Assembly (NCBI RefSeq): GCF_006345805.1
Contig: NC_043007.1
Location: forward strand, 58,776,001 to 58,840,000
Direction: 5' to 3'
DNA: 64,000 bases
From: Octopus sinensis
Lineage: Eukaryota
A program made the translations under genes and the position numbers. This document shows positions 25,793-38,869 of the stretch, in pieces. Under the pieces are notes generated by a model. It was not told the origin of the DNA. It made no database searches and saw only the letters and a list, made by a program, of their open reading frames with translations. The stretch's first letter is position 1. Every line of letters starts with the position of its first letter.

Positions 25793-26602
25793 TATATATA
25801 TGTATGTATGTATGTATGAATGTATGTATGTATGTATGTATGTACGTATGTATGTATGTATGTATGTATGTATGTATGTATGTATGTATGTATGTATGTA
25901 TATAAATATGCACCAAACTTTTTTCAGTTTCCATCTACCAAATCCACTCACAAGGCTTTGGTGAGCCTGAGGCTATAGTAGAGATCATTTGGTTTGAGGT
26001 GTCATGCTGTGTGGCCAAACTCGGAACCATGTGGTTTTTGGAAGCAAGCTTCTTACCACACACCATGCCAGCATATATGTAAATATACTTAGTCTTATTG
26101 CAAAATCCTAATTAATGAGAATATGAGATGAAAAAAATTACATTAGGTTCCCTTTGAAATGTTATATTCAAGTCATATAGCCTATGGTGTAGGCATAGAT
26201 ACACATTCCATGAATTAGCCATAAACAAATAAAAGACACATAAGTGTAAATATATTTATACATTCGCAGACTCACATACTGGCTTGTTTGCCAGTATTCA
26301 TATTTGAATTTATACATTCATCAATTATACTTGATCTTGCTGTGAAACAGACCTGACTTAATATTGTTATAGTCTATTTTCTAATTATAAATTCTCAATT
26401 AACTTGGATTTGTTGTTAAACCTTCACTAAGTCTAAATACACAGAGTAGGTTATGTGATGTGACAGATAATTTACAATAATTTGTGGTGAAACAGAAAAC
26501 TCCAATTTAGATCAATTAACATTCCAGTACTTCTTTAGGCACTCATATTGCAGGTATACATATTGTTTACTGGATTTATAATAGTTATATGTACATATAG
26601 TT

Positions 26603-26644
<42 letters not shown>

Positions 26645-26817
26645 ATACAGTTATATGGTCAAAAAAGTTTGCATTGCAACCACATGGTTTTGGGTTCAGT
26701 TCCATAGTCTGGTACCTTGGGTAAGTAGCTTGTGCTATTTCTCCAGGTCCACCAATATTTTGTGAGTGAATGATAAATGGAAACAGTGAAGAAGCCCACC
26801 ATATATATATATATATA

Positions 26818-27160
26818 TTACGGAGATGTACTTGCATAGCAAGTGACCTGATCTGAGATTGTGTGCTGGAACAAAAACAATTGCAGAGTGGAAGGTGTTT
26901 ATAAGCCATTTAAGAAACACACAAAAACCATTAGATTCACTTCAACATTTAAATTTAATTTGTCAAAATATTTCCGTTGCTTTGAGACCGCGACCTGTTC
27001 ACTGACAAAATTCCATGCTGCACGGAATTTTGTCAATGAACAGGTTGCAGTTTGAAAGCGATGAAAATATTTTGACAAATTAAATTTAAATGTTGAAGTG
27101 AATCTAACGGTTTTTGTGTGTTTTTTAAATGGCTTATAAACACCTTCCATGCTGCAATTA
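26818..27160. mobile_element. Foldback element (~140 bp arms, almost no spacer) with variant HHR-like motif in each arm
   Basis: 26879-27015 is inverted at 27023-27159; unpaired ~60 bp tail; (TA)n flanks. Confidence 0.8.
26960..27008 (-). ncRNA. Variant HHR-like motif with G3-C8 core (mirror at 27030-27078)
   Basis: Consensus of both arms and 24925: ttgtca GTGAACA g gtcgc...gcgac GAAA atat TT tgacaa. Each copy has private mutations. Confidence 0.5.
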
Positions 27161-27164
27161 TATA

Positions 27165-27451
27165 TATATATTTAAAAAAGGAGATATGGAACACGAGTTG
27201 TGATATACAAAAAAAGGAAATGAAGAAAATGCTGACAAAATAATTTAAGTAAGGGAGAGTGTATTTAATTAGGTGAAAGTTCTTTACTTCTTTTTTTCTC
27301 AAGAGAAAAAAATCTATCAGAAAGGAACTCTATCTCTCTTAAAAAAATATCTTTTGATAAGTATAACAAATGCGCAACCGGTAAAGAACTTTCACCTAAT
27401 TAAATACACTCTCCCTTACTTAAATTATTTTGTCAGCATTTTCTTCATTTC

Positions 27452-27454
<3 letters not shown>
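27165..27454. mobile_element. Foldback element with 74-bp arms
   Basis: 27213-27286 is the reverse complement of 27381-27454. Confidence 0.85.
27350..27387 (+). ncRNA. Variant minimal HHR with U3-A8 core (A13 to C in this copy)
   Basis: tctt TTGATAA gtat-aacaa-atgc GCAA ccgg TA aaga. Confidence 0.55.
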
Positions 27455-27486
<32 letters not shown>

Positions 27487-27864
27487 ACAGAAGAGTGTAT
27501 GGAATCACCAAATGTAATGTACAGACGGATGTGGTGCTTACTTCAGGGTTACCAATTGTAGCATACAAATGAAAAGTTACTTGATGTAGAAATAATGATA
27601 CATGTTTCATGTCGGGGTTGCTCTATGCAGATGTTTGAAAGTAGGATGAGACCACATTGAAGATAAAAGAACAGTATTCATAGATTTATTTGCCAGCCGT
27701 GTTTAGTAACACAGACATAATTGTAGTCATATAATTGACAATGGTGCAACATATGATTAATGTTTACTTTAACTCCTGGTCACCAATACAAAATAAAATA
27801 TGAGTAACAGATGTAAAAAAAAATGTGTTGAAACAAATATGAAAACAAAAATTTGCACAAACAA

Positions 27865-28200
27865 ATTGGGGTGGTAGGGAGAAGACTTTCAGAAAATTCA
27901 CACAATCCGATTTTTCCCTCATAACTTTCAGGAAAATGGATATATGTTGATGACATTTATAGAAATACCTTTCAAACAGCATAGACTACGATTATAAAGA
28001 AATCTGTGGGGAGAATTTTTCAGAAGGGGTGGGGAGAGGATTTGGGGAAAATTCATACAATCCAATTTTTTCCCTTCTAACTTTCAGAAAAATGGGTATC
28101 TTTTAATAAAAGTTTATACAAGTACTTTTCAAATGGCATAGATTACAATTATAAAGAAATTTGTGGAGGGAAATTTTCCAAGGGGGTGGGGAGAGTAGTT
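27865..28200. repeat. Diverged tandem duplication, ~160 bp unit
   Basis: ggggtgg...aaattcacacaatcc...ttataaagaaat.tgtgg...ggggtggggagag occurs twice. Confidence 0.7.
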
Positions 28201-28847
28201 CAGATCAAGAAGACCACATAAGTTGGAATTTCTCCATTCTGATGGAGCTTTTTCCTATTGTTTTTCACCACAGCCTTTGAAATGATGGAGAGCACCTTTT
28301 TATGAAAAAATGGTTCGGAAAATTTATGATTTTTTAACTCCCCCCCCTGCTTAATGATGATACCAATGAACTATATGCATGCTCCATTGGTGGGGTATAA
28401 CATCTATAAAAAATGATAATTTAAATTTTTACCCTCACCTTAATTAAGTGAGGCCATGTATGTGTAAGAAAAAACATTTTCTAACAGAAAAGTATGCTAT
28501 TTAAAATTCATTATCTTTAACATACTAATTTTTTTTTAATCACTGTGGATAAATGCCAGAAATTACCTCAGGCTCTCCAATATTTGAAATTATAAACAAA
28601 AACAATCAGTGTTTTTTGCTTAGTGTATAATTATTTTTATATATATACCATAGGTAATTATAATGGTGAAACTTTGAAGTATAGAAATAATTGGTCTTTT
28701 AAATTTTTTTCATATTGTCCTTCCTGCTTACATCCAATGCACTATGTATGAGAACATATTCTTCATGGTTTGAAGATCTGACATCTTTCAGCAAGCAAGG
28801 AAGCCTCTAGACAGTTTTCCTCTTAGTGTATAATTACCTATGGTTAT

Positions 28848-28882
<35 letters not shown>

Positions 28883-29011
28883 AATAATTTACAGTCTACA
28901 GACAATTTTCTATGCATGCTGGCCACTTGTATAAATTATTATTTTTAATAATGTTTTACTCTTAATAAGATTTTATATATATCTATATATATGTATATAT
29001 ACATACACACA

Positions 29012-31242
29012 CAGAGTAGAACCTTGCAGTACGAGTGCATCATAGTACAAGCAATTTGCTGTACAAGCCAAGGCTCATGTGAATTTTTGTCTTGAAGTAC
29101 AAATGGAACTCTGCAGTATAAGTGAGTTTCATACATGTGACCACTAGTTGGTGCTGAGCTTGCACACACTCTCCCAACAAGCACGGCCTCCACTCACTCA
29201 GTTCACATGTTTATCTTGTGGCAGCATCTCTGTTGTATTTTGCCCAGTGCTTTTTTTTTTAAATTTTGTGTGCTTTTGCCATTATAATAATTAGTTGTGT
29301 TTGCCATGGCTCCTAAGAAGGCAAAGGACAGTACCAAGAAGAAAAAAACTGATTACAATAAAATTGAAGAAGGAAATCATTGATAAACATGTGAGAGAAG
29401 TGTATGTAGTGGACATAGCATGCCAATACAGCCGAAGCATCAACAATCTGCACCATCCTGAAGAAAAAGGATGAGACCAAGGCCATTACAACAGCCAAAG
29501 GTTGTCTCCAGGCTCTCTATGCAACACACATCTGTCCACAAAGACATGGGAAAATTACTTCTCCTATGGATCAACAAGAAGCAACTCACAGGAAATACGA
29601 TGACAGAGGATATCTGTGAGAAAACATGAGCACTGTATGGGGATCTCCTGAAGCAGAACCCTGGAACATCAATGGAGGAAACATCAGCAAATGCATTTGA
29701 GGCCAGTCACAGCTGGTTTGATAATTTCAACAAGGTGTTCATAACGTTGTCAGATATGGAGAAGTGAGTTCTGACATGAAGGCAGCTGAGAATTTCGTGC
29801 ATGAATTCCATCAGCTCATCACAGCCAAGGAGCACATCACACAACAGGTATTCAACTGTGATGAAACTGGCCTTTTTTGTTAAAAAATTCCAAGAAGATC
29901 CTACGTAACTGCAGAGGATAAGAAAATACCAGGCCACAAGCCTATGAAAGGTTAATTCTTGCCCCTTGTACCAATGTGAGTGGAGATTAAGCCGTTCTTC
30001 GTCTACCATTCCCAAAATCCACAAGCATTCAAGTTACACAAAATCCTGAAGGAGAAGCTGTGGAGGGCAAATGCTAAAGCTTGGATTACCAGGCAATTCT
30101 TCGAGTGGGTCAACCTTATCTTTGGGCCAGCAGTGAAAAAATACCTTCTGAAGAACGATCTTCCTCTCAAGGCCCTCCTCATCCTCAACAATGCTCCTGC
30201 TCACCCTCCTAACCTCGAAGATGACATCCTTGATGAATTCAAATTTATAAAAGTTCTGTACCTTTCAGGCAACACCACCCGTATCTTGCAGCCTATGGAC
30301 CAACAAGTGATTTCTAATTTTAAGAAATTGTATGCCAAACACTTGTTTCATTGGTGCTTTGAAGTCACCAAAAATGCAAATCTAACCTTTCATGAGTTTT
30401 GGAAGGAGCATTACAACATTGTTTACTGCCTGTAAATCATTGATATGGCCTGAAAGGGTGGGAGGAGGAGAACACTGAATTCTGCATAGAGGAAACTATG
30501 GCCTGACTGCATATCCAAAAGAGACTTCAAAGGGTTTGAATCTGAGACACCTGTAGTTGAGGAGATAGTGTCTCTTGGCAAGTCCATGGGCCTTGAGGTT
30601 GATGACAGGGACATTAACGATATCGTTGAGGAACACTCAAAGGAGCTGATGACAGATGAACTCCTGCAGCTTCAGGAGCAGCAGCATTTGGATACCGTGG
30701 AAGAGACTGATTCCCCAGAGGAAGACAGTTTAGCAGAGATGGCTATCTCTACAAGTGACATAAGGCAGTGTTGACAAAGTGGCAGTATGTTTCTGAATTT
30801 GTAGAAAAAAAATCATCTTGAAAAAGTATCTACAGGTCATGCAACTGCTTTATTTAATGACACTGCTCTGGCACGTTTTCATAACATTTTGAAAAGCAGG
30901 AAAAAGCAGACTTCTCTCGATATGTTTCTAATGAAAAGATATGTGTGAAAAGTGAAGAAAGTGTCCCAAAAAGCCTAAATTAAGTGAAGTGAGAGAGAAA
31001 ACAAAAGAAAACAGTAATCCTTCTCAACGCTTCATTGTCTTCCTCACACATAAATCGTCCCATCTTTAAGGTAATTCAATTAATAAAACCAGTTTACATA
31101 TTTCTTTGCATTCTCTTTTATTATGTTTTTATAATTGTCATTTTCCTTGTAACTGTACCTTCTCCGTTTTAAAATCCATAAAAAATTATTTCTGGGTGGC
31201 TTTGGGGAGCTGGAATGGATTAAACTCATACTGCAAGGTATC

Positions 31243-31246
<4 letters not shown>
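29012..31246 (+). mobile_element. Tigger/pogo element with disrupted transposase (~29306-30945)
   Basis: TIRs cagagtagaaccttgcagtacgagt / actcatactgcaaggtatcactg. MAPKKAK, QVFNCDETGLF, ALLILNNAPAHP, ILQPMDQQVISNFK. Confidence 0.92.
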
Positions 31247-31281
<35 letters not shown>

Positions 31282-31398
31282 ATTGTATGCATGTATGCAT
31301 GCATGCATGTATGTATGTATGTGTGTATATATACATGCATGTATGTATGTATGCATATATATGTATGTATATATATGCATATGTATATATTATATATA

Positions 31399-31466
<68 letters not shown>

Positions 31467-31708
31467 ATGTATGTATATATATATATGCATATATATGATG
31501 TATGTATGTATATATATATATATGTTTGTATATATACATACATAAATATTAAACGATGATGATGATGATGATGATATATATGTCGAAATTACTACGATGA
31601 TCCGGTTCTTGACTGAAGACTGAGGGGTTCGAATGTCCTGTCCATGTTTATTGTATCGTCTTCTATGAGTTATACGTTCTTGTCCATGTTGTATTTTTCT
31701 ACATACCT

Positions 31709-31758
<50 letters not shown>

Positions 31759-32099
31759 ATGTATGTATACATATGTATGTATGTGTTACATATAAGGAGG
31801 ATGACCACTAAATGGACATCCATTATGCTAGAAGTCAACCCCATATGGTCATACCACTACGAAAGGAATGTTCTCAAGAAAATTTAGCAAATGCCAGAAT
31901 GTAAGTGAGCAAGACAAATGAAAGGATACAAAATACAGATTAATCACAAACCAGTTTTGTTGTTACCACTTGCGTAATCACTTACATAGATGTCCGCAAC
32001 TCATCACTGTGATCGTCATAGCAAAATATTATTTGTAGAACCATACACAAGACGTCTGCATGAGATGAATGTATGTATGTATGTATGCATGCATGTATG

Positions 32100-32131
<32 letters not shown>

Positions 32132-32138
32132 ATATATA

Positions 32139-32198
<60 letters not shown>

Positions 32199-32223
32199 AT
32201 ATATAATTTTATTTTATAGAAGG

Positions 32224-32274
32224 AGCTTCTACAGGACTAGAACTGTTTCATTCAAAAGAAATCATCAGGAAGCT
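32224..32274 (-). ncRNA. Type I hammerhead ribozyme at PLE 3' end
   Basis: agcttc CTGATGA tttc-tttt-gaat GAAA cag-ttctagtc-ctg TA gaagct: 6-bp stem I, same strand as the PLE ORF. Confidence 0.85.
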
Positions 32275-32585
32275 AGTAGACAAGAGTTGTTTTGGCATTT
32301 ATACATTTAGGCAGGTTTAAATGGGTGGTGGTGGGGGACTTTTTTGGGGGGTAGGCATGGCGCAAAACTGTCATTATAAGGGGAGTGGTCAAAGGATCTG
32401 GTAAAGTAGATAATAGAATAAATAAAAGAATAAAAAAATAAAATAAAAAGATAAAAAATATAAATAGAAAAATAGGGTTTTAGGTAAGTAGGGAGACTCT
32501 CACTTGTACATCTACATATATATATATACACATATATACACCCGCATATTCACATATATCTATACATATACATACATACCCACAT

Positions 32586-32632
<47 letters not shown>

Positions 32633-33289
32633 CATACACATACATATACATATATATATACATACATATACATACATACATACACATACCCATGTACGTA
32701 CACACAGATACACATATACATACATATACATACATATATGTATACCCACTCGCACAAATATATACAAATGCATATACATGCACACACATACACACACATT
32801 TTTATTCTCTTATTTTAATTTTATTATTACTGCTTTTTGTTTATATCTTTATTTTTATTTTTATCTTGACCGGTCAATCGGTCTCAAGGGACGATCTAAA
32901 GATTCCGTTTATCTGTCTACTTACTTATACGAAGAACGCAGGCACTCACTCACGCCCACACACTCACACGTACACACACGTACGTGTTATTCATACACGC
33001 ATACATCTACATACATTCACGTATATTCACATACACGCATACACATACATACCTCAACACACTCACAGAAGACTAGTCCATACATATACACTAATTATAT
33101 ATATACACATATACATATACACATACATACACATACATACATATACATACACATATACATATATATATATATACATATATACTCATATACATATACATAC
33201 ACATATACACTCATACATATATACACACACACATACATATACATATACATATATACATATATATAAAACGGGATACATGCATACTCAAC

Positions 33290-33322
<33 letters not shown>

Positions 33323-33609
33323 TAATAATAATAATAAAAATAATAAATATATATACGTGCAGTTACCCATTATACAAACGGATACATACATATAAACATA
33401 CCCATATATACCTATTTACACATATGTATATATACATACATACATACACACATAACTCTACATACCTACATATACATAAACACACAAGCGTACATATTTA
33501 TATACATATATATACATATATATGTATATATATATACATATATATATACATACACATACACACACATATATATACACATCCATATACACATACACACATA
33601 CACACACAT

Positions 33610-33655
<46 letters not shown>

Positions 33656-33733
33656 TTACACACACATCTACACATATATATATACACATACACATACACA
33701 CACATATACATATACATACATATATATATATAC

Positions 33734-34636
33734 ATCAATGGAATTTGTATCTTGTGGTACCAGTGCCTGTGGCACACAAGAAATCCATCAGTGCCGTAGT
33801 CAGTGCGGTGGGCACATGACAAACACCATCCGATCGTGGCCGTTCGCCAGCCTCATCTAGCACCTGTGTCGGTGGCACATAAAAAACACCATCCGAAGAC
33901 CCGGCAAGACTAGTCAGGCCATAACCATGGCCCTACCTGGGACGTAGTCAGTCCACCTGTGCATACCTTCCTTCTTGTGACACTTGTGAAGACCTGTTGA
34001 GGCAAGTGAAAATCAAAACAAATCAAAATAGATGAACATCAATGGAATTTGTATCTTTGTGGTACCAGTGCCGGTGGCACGTGACACCATCCGAACGTGG
34101 CCGTAGCCAGTACCGCATCGACTGGCCTCCGTGCTGTGGGCACGTAACAAGCACCATCCGATCGTGGCCGTTTGCCAGCCTCATCTGGCACCTGTGTCGG
34201 TGGCACATAAAAACACCATCCGAGCGTGGCCGTCTGCCAGCCTCGTCTGACACCTGTGTCGGTGGCACATAAAAAACACCATCCAAGCGTGGCCGTCTGC
34301 AGCCCGTCTGGCACCTGTGTCGGTGGATGGCACATAAAAAACACCATCCGAGCGTGGCCGTCTGCCAGCCTCGTCTGGCACCTGTGTCGGTGGCACATAA
34401 AAAACACCATCCGAGCGTGGCCGTTTGCCAGCCTCGTCTGGCACCTGTGTCGGTGGCACATAAAATCACCCACTACACTCTCGGAGTGGTTGGCGTTAGG
34501 AAGGGCATCCAGCTGTAGAAACACTGCCAGATCTGACTGGACTGGTGCAGCTTTCGGGCTCCCCAGACCCCAGTTGAACCGTCCAACCCATGCTAGCATG
34601 GAAAGCGGACGTTAAATGATGATGATGATGATGATG
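33734..34636 (+). mobile_element. RTE LINE 3' UTR insertion with (GAT)n tail
   Basis: Ends ggaaagcggacgttaaat(gat)n; absent from the homologous inverted arm. Confidence 0.85.
34145..34465 (+). repeat. ~60-bp tandem repeat, about 5 copies, in the RTE 3' UTR
   Basis: Unit aaaaacaccatccgagcgtggccgtctgccagcctcgtctggcacctgtgtcggtggcacat. Confidence 0.9.
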
Positions 34637-35658
34637 ATATATATACATATATATATATATATACATGTGTATATATACACACATATATATATATACATAT
34701 ACATACATACACATACACACAAGCACATACATGCATAAATGTATACATATGTTTATACAAATGCATACACATACACACACTCACGCGCCCCCTTATATAC
34801 ATAAATACATACATGCATACAAACGCATACTCATGTAATAAATAATGAATAATAAATAATAGATATATATACACATGCAGTTACCCTTTGTACAGACGGA
34901 AACATACATATAAGCATACACGTATATACCTATCTGCACATATGCATATATACATACATACATGTACATACACATAACTCTACATACTTACATATACTTA
35001 AACACACGAGCGTACACATATATATATATATATTATATATATATACACATATACATATATATACATATATATATATATACATATATACATATATATATAC
35101 ATATACAGACATACATACATACACATACATACACATACATACACACACATATACACATACATACATACATATACATACATACACATACACACACATACAC
35201 ATACATACACATACATATACATATATATATACATATATATATCTATATATACATTACACACACATATATATATACATATACACATACACACACACACACA
35301 TATACACATATATATATGTGTGTATATATACATACATACATACACACATACACATACACACAAGCACATACATGCATAAATGTATACATATGTTTATACA
35401 AATGCATACACATACACACACTCACGCGCCTCCTTATATACATAAATACATACATGCATACAAACGCATACTCATGTAATAAATAATGAATAATAAATAA
35501 TAGATATATATACACATGCAGTTACCCTTTGTACAGATGGAAACATACATATAAGCATACACGTATATACCCATCTACACATATATATATATATACATAC
35601 ATACATATACACACAACTCTACATACTTACATATACCTAAACACACGAGCGCACACAT

Positions 35659-35692
<34 letters not shown>

Positions 35693-36121
35693 ATATACAT
35701 ATATATACACATACATATATATACATATATATATATACACACATACATACATACACAGACATACACACATATATACACATATATACATACACATACATAC
35801 ACATACACATACATACACATATATATACACATATATATACACATTCATATATATATATATATATATATAATATATATATATATAATATATATGTATAAAA
35901 ACATATAAAATATAAAAAACCACACACATACACCCATACACATGTACATACAAATACACATACACGCACTCACATACATGCGTATATTCCTACTAACACC
36001 TATTCATTTCTATACATATATACAATACATATATACAAGTGTACAAATACAATCTGTGAATAGTCTTAGGAGGAAAGTTAATCGGGGGGTGCTGGGGGAA
36101 CGGTGGGGTTGGGGGGGGTCG

Positions 36122-37556
36122 TCAATCGGGTTGCCGGGTGGGTCTATAGTTCTTGTAGTTTGCATAAATTTTATGCATGCAATTTGGGGAGTGTTCTGAG
36201 ATCTTGTTGAGGAGATGGCCTTTGGCGAACAAGATCTCTAGGCTCTCGGAAATGCAAAGGTCACAGTAGGTATGGCCTCCTGTGTACGAACGCGCCTTCT
36301 GTAGTAGTCTCCACTTGGTCTTGAAGGGGATGGAGTTCCTTTTAAGGTACCAGATGTGGGCGGCGAGGGTAGTTTGGTTGGATTTATCAGGTCGCCGGAA
36401 CGAGTGTGTGTGGGTGTACCAACGGGTCTTAAAGCTGTTTGACGTCATTCCAATGTACGATTTTCTTTTATCATCGGGTCCTGATCGTACCTCGCATGTA
36501 TATACGAGTCCCTCTGTAGGCAGTTGTTGTGAGGGGGCAGGTGGTTTTATCAGGCAGTTGCAATTGCTATCGGATGTTGGATGGGCCTCGGAAAGAGTAG
36601 ATATATTAAGTTTTTTCACGTTGTTGTTGGCTAGGTTCCTGGCTAGATTGGGCGTGGTAGAGTAGGAGAGTCTAATGGTGTTCTTATTTAGGATAGTATA
36701 GTACTTATGTTGGGTGGGAAGTGTTCTGTAGGAGAGTGAAGAAGATTTTAGCTACAGGTGTAGCGACCTCACGGTTGAAGGGGGGGTTGTACCAGCTAAT
36801 GTGTCTTCGCCTATTTTTCCTGGGTTGGCGTGGGGCTATACTAGTATAGGTGATCTTATCTTTAAAGCCACTGTGGGCCAGGGCCTCGTTGTAATAGGGG
36901 CTGCGGCATTAAAGATATCTTCAGTAGCGGACAGGCTAGATATTCTAATTGAGACACTTTTTACTAGGTTGTCTAATAATTTTTTTGGGGTGGTTGGAAT
37001 TAATATCTATATATCTAAGGGATTCTTTTGTTTGTGGTACGGGTAATAAAGTGAGGTTTTTAAGTTGAGGGTAACGTCAAGGAAGTTAGCTTTGGTTAAG
37101 TTGGATTCTAAGGTAATCCTAAGGCCTAAGTTTTTTAAAAAAGTGTAACGATTTTTCCGGAACCCATCCGTGGTCCTGGGGTTTATTTTGCGGAGGGCAA
37201 AAAGGCCATCATCGCGGTAAAGACCACCGGAGAGGCCTGTGAATAGGGTCTTCAGCTTATGGAGGATGAAAAGGCCCACAAGGTCACTTATTTCAGCCGA
37301 GTCGCTAGCACCCATGCTGACGTCGAAGGGGGTCACAGATTTTTTGTTGATCCAGTGGGATCCGTCGTGGAAAAGAAAAGTCTTACGTGCGTGGAGGATC
37401 ACATCTTGCTCGGCCTCGGTGATGGTGGAGGACCTCCTAGCGAAGTTAATCGCGTCGATCAGCAAGCTCTCCGATATGGAGGCGTAGTAGTCTTCGATAT
37501 CTAATTGTAGGAATCGGGTGTTGCTCTTGTCAGGTAAATCCCGGAACCAGGTTATT
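36122..37556 (-). pseudogene. PLE reverse transcriptase plus GIY-YIG endonuclease, frameshifted
   Basis: FDVSMGASDSAEISDLVG, GLYRDDGL, NFLDVTLNL; GLVYTCEV...SYIGMTSNSFKTRWYTH...CDLCISE...LLNK. Confidence 0.92.
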
Positions 37557-37871
37557 GCCGGAACCAGGTTATTTATTATTCATTATTTATTACTTGAGTA
37601 TGCGTTTGTATGCATGTATGTATTTATGTATATAAGGAGGCGCGTGAGTGTGTGTATGTGTATGCATTTGTATAAACATATGTATACATTTATGCATGTA
37701 TGTGCTTGTGTGTATGTGTATGTATGTATATGTATATATATATATGTGTGTATATATACACATGTATATATATATATATATGTATATATATGTATATATA
37801 TATATATGTATGTATATGTATATGTGTGTGTATGTGTATGTGTATATATATATGTGTAGATGTGTGTGTAA

Positions 37872-37907
<36 letters not shown>

Positions 37908-38768
37908 ATGTGTGTGTATGTGTGTATGTGTATATGGATGTGTATATATACGTGTGTGTATGTGTATGTGTATGTATATATATATGTATATATATATACA
38001 TATATATATATGTATATATATATGTATATATATGTACGCTTGTGTGTTTATGTATATGTAGGTATGTAGAGTTATGTGTGTATGTATGTATGTATATACA
38101 TATGTGTAAATAGGTATATATGGGTATGTTTATATGTATGTATCCGTTTGTATAATGGGTAACTGCACGTATATATATATATTTATTATTTTAGTATTAT
38201 TATTATTATTATTATTAGATTATTATTATTATTTTAGTTGAGTATGCATGTATCCCGTTTTATATATATGTATATATGTATATGTATATGTATGTGTGTG
38301 TGTATATATGTATGAGTGTATATGTGTATGTATATGTATATGAGTATATATGTATATATATATATATGTATATGTGTATGTATATGTATGTATGTGTATG
38401 TATGTGTATATGTATATGTGTATATATATTAATTAGTGTATATGTATGGACTAGTCTTCTGTGAGTGTGTTGAGGTATGTATGTGTATGCGTGTATGTGA
38501 ATATACGTGAATGTATGTAGATGTATGCGTGTAGAATATAACACGTACGTGTGTGTACGTGTGAGTGTGTGTGGGCGTGAGTGAGTGCCTGCGTTCTTCG
38601 TATAAGTAAGTAGACAGATAAACGGAATCTTTAGATCGTCCCTTGAGACCGATTGACCGGTCAAGATAAAATAAAAATAAAGATATAAACAAAAAGCAGT
38701 AATAATAAAATTAAAATAAGAGAATAAAAATGTGTGTGTGTATGTGTGTGCATGTATATGCATTTGTA

Positions 38769-38868
38769 NNNNNNNNNNNNNNNNNNNNNNNNNNNNNNNN
38801 NNNNNNNNNNNNNNNNNNNNNNNNNNNNNNNNNNNNNNNNNNNNNNNNNNNNNNNNNNNNNNNNNNNN
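38769..38868. other. Assembly gap (100 N)
   Basis: Run of n. Confidence 1.
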
Positions 38869-38869
38869 C

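Larger units (their letters stand above)
32200..38768 (-). mobile_element. Penelope-like element 1: 5'-truncated RT-GIY-YIG, long microsatellite-rich 3' region, terminal HHR, inverted arm
   Basis: ORF remnants 36122-37556; HHR at 32224. 37574-38768 is an inverted copy of ~32765-34860 lacking the RTE insert. Confidence 0.85.

Noticed and set aside
31605-31645. CTGAAGA...cGAAtgtc HHR-like motif
   Set aside because: GAAA incomplete and no convincing stem I or II.
34023-34615. CRISPR-like array or repeat-protein ORFs
   Set aside because: Contiguous tandem units without unique spacers, no cas genes, and located inside an RTE 3' UTR.
31080-35969. Long ORFs rich in Y/I/H/T/C/V/M (e.g. 32692-33819, 31080-31844)
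   Set aside because: Translations of stop-free (TA)n/(CA)n/(TACA)n microsatellites.
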